Source of the DNA: Psammoneis japonica
Lineage: Eukaryota
Assembly: GCA_008632985.1 (NCBI GenBank)
Contig: QPGO01000013.1
Coordinates: 124,001 to 188,000 of the forward strand
Direction of reading: 5' to 3'
Length of the DNA stretch: 64,000 nt
Shown here: positions 60,817 through 64,000 of the stretch, piece by piece
How positions within the stretch are numbered: position 1 is the first letter of the stretch
Layout: every line of letters starts with the position of its first letter
The notes under the pieces: model-generated
Seen by the model: only the letters and a program-made list of their open reading frames with translations
What the model was told of the DNA's origin: nothing
Database searches by the model: none
Made by a program: the position numbers and the translations under genes

Positions 60817-63800
60817 TGATGATGAGACACCCTCCAGCCAGCACACGCAAGCCAGCACATGCAAGAAAAGACAGTTGCGTGGTTTTTGCCACATGTGGTC
60901 TCTGAAATTTGACCAAACTTTTGCCACAAAAAGTGCGGCAGCAAGGGTGACCCATCATTGCCCAAGAGGGTCTTGTGGCCCTTCTTCTCAGATCAGCTCA
61001 GGCATCCTCAGCAGGAGGACAGCGCTGGTCTGTCCCTGTGCAGGCACCAAACAGCACTGCTTGGGCCAGATTCTGCCCACAGAGATGGAACATCAGCTTG
61101 AAATTCCACCAAGGCAGATGCTGTCAACACAGCACCCTCCCAAGATGACCAAAACTCTGCCAAGTGTGGCTGCAATGCCAAACTCCACTCAAATCATGCA
61201 CGCAGCAAGTTGGCACATTTCTGCACAAAAACGCCACACCCTGCATTCCTGTGACTGCATTTTGATGCCAACCAGAAACAAATTTCATGACCACATGTGG
61301 TCACCAGGTGCAGCTGCTTTTGTCACCCTGTTTTTTTTGTGCTTTTGCAACAACCACATGTCCACACAACATGATGACTGACAACAACGAGAATTTTGTC
61401 AACGACCTTGGATCTGACAAGTCTTTTGCAAGCCTGTCATTGCACTTGCGTTGATTGCTTTGTTGATTGATGTGCGCGGCACCAGCGTGGTTGTGCTTTG
61501 TGCAACATTGCCACCACTCTGACACTCCATTTTCCTTCTTGCCCTTTCAGACCTCCAGAAGAGTGGCGGTGTTGACACCAAAGCAGATTGTGAGCAGGAG
61601 ATCCATCAAAATGTTGGCAAGGTGCACAGAGCATGAGCAGAAGATCCATCAAAATGCTGGCAAGTTTGACTGTTTTGTGAGTTTTTGGGTGACACACGCG
61701 CTGTTTGCAAGTGGTTTTCTCAACAATGTTTTTGTTTTTGTGTCTGTCATTGGTGCGGCCACTGGCCTGGCAGCCTTTTGGGAAGGCGGACTGTGATGCT
61801 GTGTCTGCCATTTCATTTGTCCCAGCAAATGAGGTTGGCTCAGTGTCTGTTTGTCGCCAATTCTCCAGAGGATGCTGCTGTGCTCTGTGTGCTTGCAGTC
61901 TGTGCAAGTTCATCCCCAGCTGGCTTGCTGGTGTCATGACTGTGGCAAATCTTCACGTGCAATGCATGGCATGTGTGGTCAACCAGCCACAATGGGAGAA
62001 CAGGGAAAGCAAATTGACCTGATTTTAAACAAGCAGATCTGTTTCTGCTTGGCACCACAGTGCGCCATCTTTCCACTGCGTGGGCATCTTGGGCACGGCA
62101 ATTGTGCCAAGCTGCGCAGATGCACTCACACAAAGTGTCAAACTGGCAAGCCAATTTTGCCAAAAGGGAATCCTGCAAAGCTTCCTGTGCCACTCATTGC
62201 ACTTGCCCTGGCTGCTGTGGTGGCTGTGGTTTGCCTGGAAGTTCTCAACAAACTTCAAACTCATGATGCAAAACAGGCACCTGTGCTTGCACATTTTTGC
62301 AAACCAGATGATTCACTCCAAAGAGCAAGAACAAAACGCAAAACAGAAGGAAGAGTCATCATTGTGGCGTGCAGCAGGATCTGAATGGGTTCAATGTGCC
62401 AGGGGGTTCTCACACCCTTTTGGTTTTTTTGTGCTGTCACACTCAGCTGTGTCCCCACCCATCTTTTCTGGGACTTGTGTTGGAGTTCCAAGGCTTGCCA
62501 ACAGATGCACAGCAGTTGGCATTGCTGACCCCAACACAACCTTGCCACACCCTCCTTCAGCAGACCTTCAACAGCTTCTTTGACAGCAAGGCACCCTCCA
62601 GAGATTGTTTCTTCACCCTCATCCAGCCAGCTCATTTGCTGCAATCTGCCAAGGAACACCACAAGGCACACCTTTGGGTTCCTGTTGACCTCCTGGTCTG
62701 TTTCTTTTGACTCCTGTGTTGACTTCCCAGCCCTCACATCTGTGGATTCCCTTGACTTTCCAGCCCCCGTTCTGTGGATTCATCTTGACTTCTCAGCCCT
62801 CAAATGACTCTGCTCTTTTGAGCATTGTGCCACAATGACCAGCACACATTCTGTCTCACCATCTCCCAACTCACTGAATGGCTTGCAAACACATTGGCTT
62901 GTGTTGCTGGCTGTTGTCACCATGTCAACCAGGCACAGAAGATGGGAAGCATGCACAAAACCCGCGGCTCAACCCAAGGTTGCACAGCACCGCTGCTCCC
63001 CACAACTGCCCTTTCATTTGGTTGTCACTTGCAAAATTGTGCCTCAAGTGTTCCTTTTGCATGTTTCCAGGCTGGCCATTGTTGGTTTTCCATGGACACA
63101 CTGCCGCCATGCCCTCTCCATTTGTGCCTTGTCAAATGGCATGCTGGAGCACAGATCTTGGCACTGGGGTGCCACAAACAAATTTGCGCTGCCTCCCTTG
63201 GCTTCTTTTTCAAGCAAGGAAACTGGCTCCTGGACTTTTTAGTTTGTGCCTGTTCAACTGTGGCCTCATTTGCACACCAGGGCAAATTTCCAGAAACTCT
63301 CACGAAAACTGCTCTTCAGCAAAAGCACCTGGCACCTCAGATGCATCTCACCTGAAACCCCCAGAACAGCTCCAATGTCTGTCTCTTCTCTTTGTGTCTC
63401 TGAAGGAGACAGGGGTGCTCTGAGGAAACATTCTGGCAATGCTGGCATGCTGGAGGTGATGCCATGGTGGAGGCAGTTTGTGCAGGAAATTTGCCAAAAA
63501 ACTCCACACTTTCAAGAGGTGCTGTGGTGGAGCCAAACGTCACTCAATGACACAAAGTGCAAAATTGTGTGTTTTCAGGTGTGAAGATTTTGTCATGAGG
63601 TCATTTGGGGCTCATGGAGCTGCAACCAAAATGTTTTGTCTTTTTTCAAAATTCTTTTCAGGTGATGCTTGGCACGACTTGAAGACTGGTGCCACCAATT
63701 TTTTGTCAACTCAAACTTCTTTCCTCCCAACAACAACTGGCACTTCTCCATGGGCTCTGGTCACAGCTCATCAAAAGAAGCAAGAAGACTGCTCAACTGC

Positions 63801-64000
63801 AAGCAGAGAGAATGAAAGCAGGGCTCAGCTTGTCCCTGATGATGATGCCAGGGAGGAACTGGGTGCCACCGCTGTTGTTTTGAGGAGGGAATTCCTTCTG
63901 CAGACTCAGGCAAGAGCACCAGCATCCACAACCACCTCTTGGCTGTTTTGCAAAAGTGTGACATTGATGAAAATGAAAAGCTTGACAAGATGGAACAGGC

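Larger units (their letters stand above)
52498..64000. other. TpA-depleted (and CpG-reduced) degenerate transposon block C, running off the window end
   Basis: No TA found between 52498 and 54028; roughly ten in the remaining 10 kb; Tyr-free ORFs; nested TE fossils. Confidence 0.92.

Noticed and set aside
52498..64000. Alternative genetic code or a foreign genome as the cause of Tyr-free ORFs
   Set aside because: TA is missing in all frames and in non-coding MITEs, and the recognisable ORFs are broken fossils of eukaryotic TE types.
52498..64000. Classical fungal RIP
   Set aside because: RIP (CpA->TpA) enriches TA and depletes CA; this block shows the opposite.
61400..64000. Possible further transposase or integrase remnants
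   Set aside because: No motif could be recognised with confidence in the degraded frames.

Overview
Eukaryotic nuclear DNA, most likely from a pennate diatom. The basis is short GT-AG introns, signal-peptide+'xAF' plastid presequences on VIPP1 and aspartate kinase, and type-II membrane LRR and helicase-associated families typical of diatoms. About 44 kb is ordinary gene-dense sequence: parvulin, AAA ATPase, VIPP1, NOG1-type GTPase, Shewanella-like phosphatase, MFS transporter, FtsZ, ubiquitin-L40, phosphate carrier, aspartate kinase, three tandem serpins, three LRR genes, PRP4, a CPBP protease and a bZIP factor. Three sharply bounded blocks of dead repeats and pseudogenes (~11.1-18.0 kb, ~20.3-21.9 kb, ~52.5-64 kb) are strongly stripped of TpA (almost completely in the two large blocks) and partly of CpG. 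Recognisable fossils in them show inferred Tyr->His/Cys changes, and duplicated copies differ by reciprocal CA/TG swaps. This points to a repeat-targeted TpA->TpG/CpA (A-to-G on either strand) hypermutation, opposite in direction to fungal RIP, and it is the best candidate for an undescribed system here. The blocks contain a decayed bacterial-type argD fragment with a Shine-Dalgarno/ATGA operon junction, a CRE-like LINE fragment, an HA-domain pseudogene, a DDE/D transposase fossil and two MITEs with 4-bp TSDs. Several housekeeping genes carry single-base frameshifts, which suggests consensus errors in the assembly. All counts were made by eye and all family assignments are from remembered motifs, not database searches.
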